From assembly GCA_965221125.1 (NCBI GenBank), contig CBDCRW010000005.1:64001-128000 (forward strand): a stretch of 64,000 nt of DNA, read 5' to 3'. Positions 19,335 to 27,540 of this stretch are shown here, in pieces. Position numbers and translations under genes: made by a program. The stretch is from Alphaproteobacteria bacterium (lineage in GTDB: Bacteria; Pseudomonadota; Alphaproteobacteria; UBA828). Below the pieces are notes generated by a model, which was not told the DNA's origin, made no database searches, and was given only the letters and a program-made list of their open reading frames with translations. How positions within the stretch are numbered: position 1 is the stretch's first letter; every line of letters begins with the position of its first letter.

Positions 19335-20231
19335 ATGACATTGGTGTCAGGTCCTGACGCATTGGAGCGGTCGGACGCCATGGCGATGCAACTCAGAGCG
19401 GCGCTCCGGGGGTCGCTCGACGGCTGGCAGGAAGACATCGCCTTTCTCTGGCGTGACGTCGTCGGCGATGCCGCGCTGGGTTTCGACGATATGGACCCCG
19501 CGCTCGAACTCGAACCCTGGGAGCCGATCTTTCCCGCCCGGCGGGGCCGGACCTTTCCCGGCGCGCCGGCGGACGCGCACATGCTCCGCGCCTTCGACGG
19601 CATTGCGCCCGAGGATGTGCGCTGCGTGATCCTGGGCCAGGACCCCTATCCCTGCCCCGCCTTCTCGACCGGGCGGGCCTTCGAGGCCGGCAACGTTGCC
19701 CATTGGCGGGAGCTCGACAAGATGTTCTCCCCAAGCGTGCGTGCGGTCGTCCAACTCATCGTCGCTGCGCGCACCGGCGACGCGCACTACGTCGGAAGCT
19801 TCGCGCAGTGGCCGGCGACGCTGGCTGCCATCGAAGCCGGTACGGTCGAGCTGGAAACGCCCTCTGCCCTCGCCGATCGCTGGGTGAAGTCCGGTGTATT
19901 GCTCCTCAACACCTCGCTCACGCTGACGCGCTTCCGGCGGGAGGGCGATCCCCACCAGGTGCGCGGGCACCTGCCGCTCTGGCGGCCGTTCATGGTGCGG
20001 GTGCTCGATCATCTCGCGCGGAGAAGTACGCCGGTCGTTTTCCTGGGCTTCGGCGACGCGGCGGCGGAGACGCTCAGCGCGGCGGGGCTCAACGGGTCCG
20101 ACGCAGGCGACGAGCGCCTCATCCTCCGCCCGCATCCGGCGGCAGCCGACGAGGTCCTCGGGCAAGAGAATCCGTTCACGCTCTGCAACCGGCGCCTCCA
20201 GGCGATAGGCGCAGACCCGGTGGACTGGTAG
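19335..20231 (+). CDS. Uracil-DNA glycosylase superfamily (family-1-like, divergent) protein
   Basis: AF..I.PEDVRCVILGQDPYP, GRAF, PSVR, GVLLLNTSLT, H..LW.PF, VVFLGFG, RPHPAA, NPF..CN.RL...P.DW. Start may be 19380. Confidence 0.85.
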   Translation: MTLVSGPDALERSDAMAMQLRAALRGSLDGWQEDIAFLWRDVVGDAALGFDDMDPALELEPWEPIFPARRGRTFPGAPADAHMLRAFDGIAPEDVRCVILGQDPYPCPAFSTGRAFEAGNVAHWRELDKMFSPSVRAVVQLIVAARTGDAHYVGSFAQWPATLAAIEAGTVELETPSALADRWVKSGVLLLNTSLTLTRFRREGDPHQVRGHLPLWRPFMVRVLDHLARRSTPVVFLGFGDAAAETLSAAGLNGSDAGDERLILRPHPAAADEVLGQENPFTLCNRRLQAIGADPVDW

Positions 20232-20234
20232 GCG

Positions 20235-21893
20235 ATGCCATACGCGCCCTCCTTCGACTACATCGTCGTTGGCGCAGGCTCGGCGGGATGCGTGCTCGCC
20301 AACAGGCTGTCCGCCGATCCCGACCGTTCGGTCCTGCTGATCGAGGCCGGCGGCAGGGACCGCAATCCCCTGTTTCGACTGCCCATGCTGATGGGCAGGC
20401 TGTTCCATTCCGGCATATACAACTGGCGCTATCACACCGAGCCGGTGCCGAGCCTGGACGGCCGCTCGCTTTACTGGCCGCGCGGCAAGGTGCTCGGCGG
20501 CTCGTCCACCATCAACGGTATGATTTATGTGCGCGGCAACCGCCACGACTACGACCGCTGGGCCCAGATGGGCCTCGCCGGCTGGTCCTACGACGAAGTG
20601 CTCCCGGCCTTCCGCCGCTCCGAAGGGCACGCGGAGCGGGACGGGACCTATCACGGGACTAAGGGTGAGCTGACCGTCTGCCGCGCGCGTGGCGCCAATT
20701 CGCTCTTCGACGTGTTCGTCGAGGCGGGTCGCCAGGCCGGACATCCCGTCAACGACGACTTCAACGGGGCCGAGCAACTGGGGTTCGGCCGGTACGACTT
20801 CACCATCAGGCGGGGCAAACGCTGCTCCACATCGGCTGCCTTCCTCAACCCGATTCGAAATCGGCGCAACCTGACGACCACCACCGGAAACCTCGTGCGA
20901 CGCGTGGTCGTGGAGGCAGGACGCGCGACCGGGGTCGAGGTCGCTGACGGCGCCGACGTCCGCACCATCCGCGCGGCGAGCGAGGTCATCCTCTGCGCCG
21001 GCACGGTCAACTCGCCCCAGCTCCTCATGCTCTCGGGCATCGGGCCCGGCAACGATCTGAAGCGGCACGGCATCGACGTGATCCACGACCTGCCGGGCGT
21101 CGGCCGCAACCTGCAGGATCACGTCGATTGCGTCCTCGCCTATGCCTGCACCAAGTCCATCACCCTCTACCACGAGTTGCGGGCCGATCGGATGATCCGG
21201 TCGGTCGCCGCCGGCATGCTGCTCGGCCGCGGCATCGCTACCACCTTCCCTTACGAGGCGGGCGCCTTCCTCAAGAGCCGGGCGGAGAAGGTGGCGCCGG
21301 ACATCCAGGTGCACTTCATGCCGGCGCTGGAGAACGCGGCGAACCTGCACTTTCCGGTGCCCTTCAGGAAGCCACCGCTTGAGGAGACCCACGGCTTTTC
21401 CATGCGCGTGGGCCCGGTCAATCCCGAAAGTCGGGGGTGGATCGGTCTGCGCTCCGCGGATCCCGCCGATACGCCGCTGATCCAGCCCAACTATCTGCAG
21501 GACGAAGCCGACCGCGTGACGACGATCGCGGGCATCCGCTTGGTCCGCGACGTGGTGGCGCAGCCTGCCTTTGACACCTATCGCGGCGTCGAGCTTGCTC
21601 CTGGCGCGGCTGCGCAGAGCGACGAGGAGCTGACCCGCTGGCTCCGCGCAAACGCCATGACCACGTTCCACCCCGTCGGCACCTGCCGCATGGGCACCGA
21701 CCCGATGGCGGTGGTGGACGCCCGGCTCGCCGTCCGCGGCATCGCCGGGCTCAGGGTCGCCGACGCCTCGGTCATGCCCGTCATCACGAGCGGCAACACC
21801 AACGCGCCCGCCATCATGATCGGCGAGAAGGCGGCGGAGTTCATTCTCGGCGTGGGCGAAGCCCATGCGTCGCTTGAAAGGACCCAGGAATGA
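20235..21893 (+). CDS. GMC-family FAD oxidoreductase (choline dehydrogenase-like)
   Basis: DYIVVGAGSAGC, PRGKVLGGSSTINGM, GVGRNLQDH, FHPVGTCRMG, SGNTNAP. Confidence 0.95.
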   Translation: MPYAPSFDYIVVGAGSAGCVLANRLSADPDRSVLLIEAGGRDRNPLFRLPMLMGRLFHSGIYNWRYHTEPVPSLDGRSLYWPRGKVLGGSSTINGMIYVRGNRHDYDRWAQMGLAGWSYDEVLPAFRRSEGHAERDGTYHGTKGELTVCRARGANSLFDVFVEAGRQAGHPVNDDFNGAEQLGFGRYDFTIRRGKRCSTSAAFLNPIRNRRNLTTTTGNLVRRVVVEAGRATGVEVADGADVRTIRAASEVILCAGTVNSPQLLMLSGIGPGNDLKRHGIDVIHDLPGVGRNLQDHVDCVLAYACTKSITLYHELRADRMIRSVAAGMLLGRGIATTFPYEAGAFLKSRAEKVAPDIQVHFMPALENAANLHFPVPFRKPPLEETHGFSMRVGPVNPESRGWIGLRSADPADTPLIQPNYLQDEADRVTTIAGIRLVRDVVAQPAFDTYRGVELAPGAAAQSDEELTRWLRANAMTTFHPVGTCRMGTDPMAVVDARLAVRGIAGLRVADASVMPVITSGNTNAPAIMIGEKAAEFILGVGEAHASLERTQE

Positions 21894-22216
21894 TCGTCGA
21901 GCACCGCACCTACACGTTTCGCCCTGGCACGGTGGATGGCTGGCTCAAGAAGTACGAGGCGGAAGGCCTGCCGATCCAGAGGCGCCATCTCGGCCGCTTC
22001 GTCGGCCTCTACGTCTCGGAGATCGGGCGGTTGCACCGGATTGTCCTGATCTGGGCCTATGAAAGCTTGGCCGACCGCGAGCAGCGTCGCGCGGCGATGA
22101 CGGCGGATCCGGCTTGGCAGGCCTTCATCCAGTCGATCTGGGCGCTGGACGCGATCCAGGAGCAGGACGTGATGGTGATGAACCCCGCGCCATGCTCGCC
22201 GCCCATCGGCGATTGA
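21890..22216 (+). CDS. NIPSNAP-family protein
   Basis: MIVEHRTYTFRPG...WAYESLADREQRRAAM.ADPAW. Confidence 0.9.
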   Translation: MIVEHRTYTFRPGTVDGWLKKYEAEGLPIQRRHLGRFVGLYVSEIGRLHRIVLIWAYESLADREQRRAAMTADPAWQAFIQSIWALDAIQEQDVMVMNPAPCSPPIGD

Positions 22217-22293
22217 AAGGCCTTCTGGTTAGGGCCTGACAGCGAATTCCAGCCGGGCGCAACGGGCGCCCGCGGGAGAGAAGGAGAAACGCC

Positions 22294-23367
22294 ATGTCGA
22301 ACAAGCCGAACGCGAATGGTCTCGGCGCGCCGCTCGCGCGCCTCAGCCGCCGCCGGTTCCTGGCGGCTACCGCCGGAGTCTCGGCGGTCGTTGGGGCGGG
22401 TACCACGTTTCCGCTCGCCGCGCGTGCGGACGCCGGCCTGGTCGCCCTGGTTCATACCCAGGCGGCCGGGGACAGCGGCCCCATCGATTCCATGATGGGC
22501 CGGCTCAACCAGCTCTCTGAGGCGCAAGGCTTCGAGACCCGCGCCATCTACGCGCAGGACCCGGCGACCTACGAGACCGTGCTGAGGACCCTCGGCGATG
22601 CGGGTGCATCCATCGTGCTCGGGACCTTCCCGGTCATCTCCGAGGCCTTCAAGGCGGTGGCCCCGATCTACCCCGACACCAGGTGGATCCAGCTCTTCGG
22701 TGACGCCGTCGACCCGCCGATCGGAAACCTGGTGACGGTCTCCTACGACTACTATCTCGGCTGCTATCTGTCGGGAATCTTCGCCGCGCACGTCTCGCAA
22801 TCGAAGCAGATCGGCTTCATCGGCGGCATCAGCATTCCGCCGATCAACGCCGACTTCAACGCGCTTCAGGCCGGCGTGCACGCGGTCGATCCCGAGGCCA
22901 GCGTTACCGCCGCCTTCGCGGGCTCCTTCCAGGACCCGGCCAAGGGCTACGAGATCGCGAGCCAGATGTTCCTGGACGGGATCGACTACATCCAGACCGA
23001 TTCTGCCGCGACCGACGGCGGCATTATCCAGGCGGCCAACGAGCGCGAGGGCGCCATGGTCAGCGCGCTCGATCCGGCCCAGTACCCGCTCGGGCCCGCC
23101 TCCGTGATCGGGGTGGTCAGCCTCGACTTCGGCCAGTCGCTCCATAACGAGACCAGCTTGGCGCTGGCCGCCGACTGGCAGGGCGGGCGGCATGTGCCGA
23201 CCGGCCTTGGCAGCGGCGTCATCGACTTCCTCCGGTCTCCGCTCTACCAGGAGCAGGGGCCCGCGGCTATCGTCGCCCGGTCCGACAAGGCGTGGCCTGC
23301 GGTCGAAGCGGCACGGGCGGGCATCCTCGACGGATCGGTTTCGGTGCCGTTCAACACGGAGCTCTGA
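22294..23367 (+). CDS. BMP-family (nucleoside-type) ABC substrate-binding protein, Tat signal
   Basis: SRRRFL twin-arginine motif; GCYLSGIFAA, IGFIGG..IP, GSFQDPAKG.E.A. Confidence 0.88.
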   Translation: MSNKPNANGLGAPLARLSRRRFLAATAGVSAVVGAGTTFPLAARADAGLVALVHTQAAGDSGPIDSMMGRLNQLSEAQGFETRAIYAQDPATYETVLRTLGDAGASIVLGTFPVISEAFKAVAPIYPDTRWIQLFGDAVDPPIGNLVTVSYDYYLGCYLSGIFAAHVSQSKQIGFIGGISIPPINADFNALQAGVHAVDPEASVTAAFAGSFQDPAKGYEIASQMFLDGIDYIQTDSAATDGGIIQAANEREGAMVSALDPAQYPLGPASVIGVVSLDFGQSLHNETSLALAADWQGGRHVPTGLGSGVIDFLRSPLYQEQGPAAIVARSDKAWPAVEAARAGILDGSVSVPFNTEL

Positions 23368-23402
23368 TCGCACGACCTCATGAGGAGGCCCCTTCGGGAG
23401 AC

Positions 23403-24983
23403 ATGATCGCCGCGAACCCGCCTGCCCTCAGTTGCCGCGGGATTCGCGTTACATACGGCCAGGTCACGGCGCTCGCCGATCTGGAAATCGCCTTCGCGCG
23501 CGGCGCCATCCACGCCGTGGTCGGCCAGAACGGCGCCGGCAAGACGACCTTCGCCCGCGTCGCGGCGGGTCTTGTCCGGCCCGACGCGGGTTCGCTTGCT
23601 ATTGACGGCAGCCCCTTGCGGCTCGGTCGGGTGGCGGGGGCGCGTGCGGCAGGGGTCGAACTCGTTCACCAGAGCTTCGCGCTGCCGCCCTCGTTTACCG
23701 TGGCAGAGGCGCTGGAATTCGGTGCCGGCGGCGGCATCGGCCTCTACAGCCGTCGGCGGCTCCTGCAGCGATGCCGCGAGCGGCTCGCAGCCCTCGATCT
23801 GGAAGTCGATCCCCGCCGGCGCATCCGAGACCTGCCGGTGGAAGCGCAGCAGGGCGTTGAGATCGCCCGCGCGCTGGTGACCGACGCGCGTGTGCTCATC
23901 CTGGACGAGCCGACCGCGGTGCTGCCTCCAGCCGGCATCGAGGCGCTGTTTGAGCGTATCCGCGGCCTCAAGCGGCAGGGAGTCACGATCATCCTGATCC
24001 TGCACAAGATCCGCGAGGTGATGGCGGTTGCGGACACGATCTCCGTCCTTCGCGGCGGTCGGCTGGTCGCAGGGCCCATTCCCCGAGAGCGAGCGGAGGA
24101 AAGGCGCATCGCCGAGATGATCGTCGGCCAAGGCGAGGCCGAGGCCGTCGGTGCGGACGATGCCCGGGCGCTTGTCGGAGCGGCGCCGGTTCGGCGCACG
24201 GCCTCTTGGGATGCAGGGGCCGCCGCGGCGTCCGCCTCCGGCGAGACAGTGCTTGATCTCGCGGGCGTGAGCACGGCGGAGGACCTGGAGGAGCCACCGC
24301 TGGATGGGGTTTCGCTCACGGTCAGGCCGGGAGAGATCGTCGGCGTCGCCGGCGTCCAGGGCAACGGCCAGCGGACGCTGGTGCAAGCGATCGCCGGACT
24401 CGCCGATGTCACGGGCGGCGATGTCCACCTGAACGGCAGCCGCGCAAACCGGACCAGCGCCGCAAACCGACGGGCATTGGGCCTTCGGGTTATCCCGTTC
24501 GAGCGCAACATCGAAGGCCTCAGCCTCACCAGCGCGCTGTGGGAGAACTGGTCCGTCCGCGAGCTTCTGCAACGACCGTTGTTCAGCCTGGTCGATCCGG
24601 CCGCGCTGCGCCGGCGCTGCGACGAGGCGCTCCAGGCCTGGGGCGTGCGCTATGCGTCCGCGACCCAAAACGCCGGCGCCCTTTCCGGCGGCAACGCGCA
24701 GAAGGTCATCCTCGCGCGCGAGATCGATGAAGACGCGCGCCTTATCATCGCCGCCCAGCCGGCGCGCGGGCTCGACATCGGCGCCACTGCCTTCGTCTGG
24801 TCGGCGCTGCGCGAGGCGGCCGGGAGGGGCTGCGGCGTGCTGCTGATCTCGTCCGACCTGGACGAGCTCTTCGACATCAGCCACCGCTTGGTGGTGATGC
24901 TCTCGGGCCGCATCGTCGCAGAGTTCGTCCCGCCCTACGACATTGCGGCCGTGGGCCGCGCCATGACCGGGGCGTCCGCATGA
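23403..24983 (+). CDS. ABC transporter ATP-binding protein (tandem domains, sugar/nucleoside type)
   Basis: GQNGAGKTT, LILDEPTAVL, GVAGVQGNGQ, LSGGNAQK, QPARGLDIG. Confidence 0.93.
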   Translation: MIAANPPALSCRGIRVTYGQVTALADLEIAFARGAIHAVVGQNGAGKTTFARVAAGLVRPDAGSLAIDGSPLRLGRVAGARAAGVELVHQSFALPPSFTVAEALEFGAGGGIGLYSRRRLLQRCRERLAALDLEVDPRRRIRDLPVEAQQGVEIARALVTDARVLILDEPTAVLPPAGIEALFERIRGLKRQGVTIILILHKIREVMAVADTISVLRGGRLVAGPIPRERAEERRIAEMIVGQGEAEAVGADDARALVGAAPVRRTASWDAGAAAASASGETVLDLAGVSTAEDLEEPPLDGVSLTVRPGEIVGVAGVQGNGQRTLVQAIAGLADVTGGDVHLNGSRANRTSAANRRALGLRVIPFERNIEGLSLTSALWENWSVRELLQRPLFSLVDPAALRRRCDEALQAWGVRYASATQNAGALSGGNAQKVILAREIDEDARLIIAAQPARGLDIGATAFVWSALREAAGRGCGVLLISSDLDELFDISHRLVVMLSGRIVAEFVPPYDIAAVGRAMTGASA

Positions 24984-26026
24984 GCGGCATCAGCATCCGC
25001 GCGGGCGCGGTGATCCGCACGCTCGCCTTCATCGTGGTGGCGCTCGCGCTCTGCGGCGTCGTCTTCGAGCTCGCCGGCTACTCCGCCCTCCTGATGTTCG
25101 AAAGCGTCGTCGAGGGCGCCTTCCTGCGCGCGGGCGGCTGGGCGCAGAGCCTGCGTTGGGCGCTCCCGCTCTTCATCACGGCGACCGGCGTCGCTATCTC
25201 ATTCCGCTGCGGCTTCTTCAACATCGGTGCACAGGGCCAATTCTACGTGGGCGCCATCTGCGCCGCCTTCGTCGCCGATGTTCTCGGCGGCGCACCGGCC
25301 GCCCTCGTGCTGCCGGCGACCTTCCTCGCCGGCATGGCGGGCGGTGCGCTCTGGGCGCTCTGGCCGGGCTATCTCAGGCTCCGCTCCGGGACCGACGAGG
25401 TCATTACCACCTTGATGGGCAACTTCATCGCAGCGCTCGCGCTGGTCTGGGTCACCTCCGGCCCGCTCAAGGACCCCTCCGGCACCGGTCAGCAGGCGGC
25501 GAGCCCGCTGCTGCCGGCGGCCTATCGCATCAGCGATTCCCAGGGCATCTCGCCCGCCATCATCGGCATCGCCGCCGCCGTCGCGCTCGCGATGTGGGTC
25601 CTGGTCAACCGCACGCCCTTCGGCATGCTGGCGAGCCTGGCCGGGCGGAACCCGACCATGGTGCGCTTTCAGGGTGCGCGCCTCTGGACCCTGGGACTTT
25701 CGAGCTTCCTCATCAGCGGCGGGCTGGCCGGGCTCGCAGGTACCATCGAGCTTCTCGGCCCGACCGGGCGCATCGCGAGCGGCTTTCTGCCCGGCCACGG
25801 CTTCACCGCAGTGCTGATCGCGCTGGTCGCGAACCTCTCGGTGCTCGCGACTGCGGTCGTCAGCATGTTCTTCGGCGGCCTTGCATCGGCTGCGCTCTAC
25901 CTGCCGATCCTCGCCGGCCTGCCGGCCGCCGCCATCGACGTCTTCAACGCCTCCGTCGCGCTCTTCATCACCGCGAAGTCGGGATTGCTGGACCGCCTGC
26001 TGCGGGCAGCGAGGCTCCCGACATGA
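24980..26026 (+). CDS. Nucleoside ABC permease 1
   Basis: FRCGFFNIGAQGQFYVGA, DEVITTLMGN; multiple TM segments. Confidence 0.92.
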   Translation: MSGISIRAGAVIRTLAFIVVALALCGVVFELAGYSALLMFESVVEGAFLRAGGWAQSLRWALPLFITATGVAISFRCGFFNIGAQGQFYVGAICAAFVADVLGGAPAALVLPATFLAGMAGGALWALWPGYLRLRSGTDEVITTLMGNFIAALALVWVTSGPLKDPSGTGQQAASPLLPAAYRISDSQGISPAIIGIAAAVALAMWVLVNRTPFGMLASLAGRNPTMVRFQGARLWTLGLSSFLISGGLAGLAGTIELLGPTGRIASGFLPGHGFTAVLIALVANLSVLATAVVSMFFGGLASAALYLPILAGLPAAAIDVFNASVALFITAKSGLLDRLLRAARLPT

Positions 26027-26925
26027 CCGAGTTCCACGAGTTCATGGTGGCGATCCTGCGCTCCGGCACGCCGCTGGTCTACGTCACCATGGCGGGCGTC
26101 ATCGCCCAGCGCGCCGGCGTCTGGCACCTCGGCCTCGAAGGCGTGATGATCGTCGGCGCCTGCGCGACGATCCTCGGCATCGTGCTCACCGGCTCGTTTG
26201 CGGCCGCCATCGTCATCGCCTGCGTGCTCTGTGTCGCCGCCTCGGTCCTGCTCTGGTTCGTGATCGAGAAGCTGGGCGCCAACCCCATCATTGCGGGACT
26301 CGGCCTCACGGGACTCGGAATCGGCGGGACAGCGCTCGCCGTCCAGGCGCTCTTCGGCAGCCTCGCTGCCGTGACCGCACCCTTCGGCGTGCCCAGGCTG
26401 GGCGCCGCCTTCGGCCCCTACGGCGTGCTCTCGATCTTTGTGCTGATGATGCCCTTCGTCGTCTGGAGCATGTGGGTGCTGCTCTGCCGCACGCGCTTCG
26501 GCCTGCGGCTGGCCGCTGCCGGAGAGCACCCGCTGGCGGCACGCAGCGTCGGCACCGATCCGGCCCGTGTCAGGCTCATCGCGCTCGCGGCGGGCGGGGT
26601 TCTCTGCGCCATCGGCGGCGCTGAGCTCGCGGCCGGCGGTCTCACCATCTTCGCTCAGAGCATGACCGCTGGGCGCGGCTTCATGAGCTTCGCCGCCGTC
26701 ATCTTCGGCGCGGGCCACCCCATCGCAGCCACCTTCGCCGCGATGTTCTTCAGCCTGGTGGGTGTTGCGGGCATCAGGCTACAGCTTCTCTTCGGCGCGA
26801 GCATCCCGCACGACGTGCTGCTCTCGCTGCCCTATCTGGCGACGATCCTCGGCGTCTGGATCAGCGGCCGTATGCGCGGCGGCGCCAAGGCCGCCACCGA
26901 GGCCTCGGAGTTGCGCGACTATTAG
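26023..26925 (+). CDS. Nucleoside ABC permease 2
   Basis: QRAGVWHLGLEG, TRFGLRLAAAGEHP.AA, MTAGRGF, LPYLATIL. Confidence 0.92.
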   Translation: MTEFHEFMVAILRSGTPLVYVTMAGVIAQRAGVWHLGLEGVMIVGACATILGIVLTGSFAAAIVIACVLCVAASVLLWFVIEKLGANPIIAGLGLTGLGIGGTALAVQALFGSLAAVTAPFGVPRLGAAFGPYGVLSIFVLMMPFVVWSMWVLLCRTRFGLRLAAAGEHPLAARSVGTDPARVRLIALAAGGVLCAIGGAELAAGGLTIFAQSMTAGRGFMSFAAVIFGAGHPIAATFAAMFFSLVGVAGIRLQLLFGASIPHDVLLSLPYLATILGVWISGRMRGGAKAATEASELRDY

Positions 26926-26938
26926 CGAGTGGGATCAT

Positions 26939-27250
26939 TTAGACGAGGGGCGTGCGCACTGCACGACAGAGCGGCAAGTGATGCGAAAGCGGGCGGCTGA
27001 GGATCGACGGCGCAGGGAACACGTGGGCGCTCTCCGAGCGTGGCTGCCTCCCAAGAATGGCGCGTGCTGGCGCATTGAGAATGACCCGCCTCGGTCCGGA
27101 CTTGGCGTCGACGAGACTGAGCGTGTCGCTGCCCACATCCTGCCAGCACAGGGCTACGGATTCGGTCTTCCGGTAGCCGGTCAGCAACAGAAGGAGGATG
27201 AAATCTGCCTGCCGCGCGCGACGGTCGCGCGTCATCGTGGTGATCCAGCA
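26939..27250 (-). pseudogene. Tyrosine integrase remnant
   Basis: ILLLLLTGYRKTESVALCWQDV....L.L.DAKSGPRRVILN..A.AIL resembles the box I region of the integrase at 53113-54267; N- and C-termini missing. Confidence 0.75.
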
Positions 27251-27540
27251 TCCCATGGAGTCGACACACCTCCTCGCGCGAAAGTAAGCGGGTGAGCGTG
27301 GCACCGGGTGGACGTGGGGACCTGACCGCGCTGCCGCCCGCCTGCCGTGCCTCCGCCCCGCGACCGGCGATAGCCGGCGCCGGCCGACCCTGTCGATCCT
27401 CCCGCAGCCCGCGGGTCGGGAAGGTTCACCAACACCCGCTCGGCCTTCACGACGACGATTCGGGCGAGGATGATCCGAGGCGGCAGCGAAAGAAGCAGGG
27501 CACCTGGTGCTGCGGAAGCACGAGCGCGGCCAGGCTTCCT

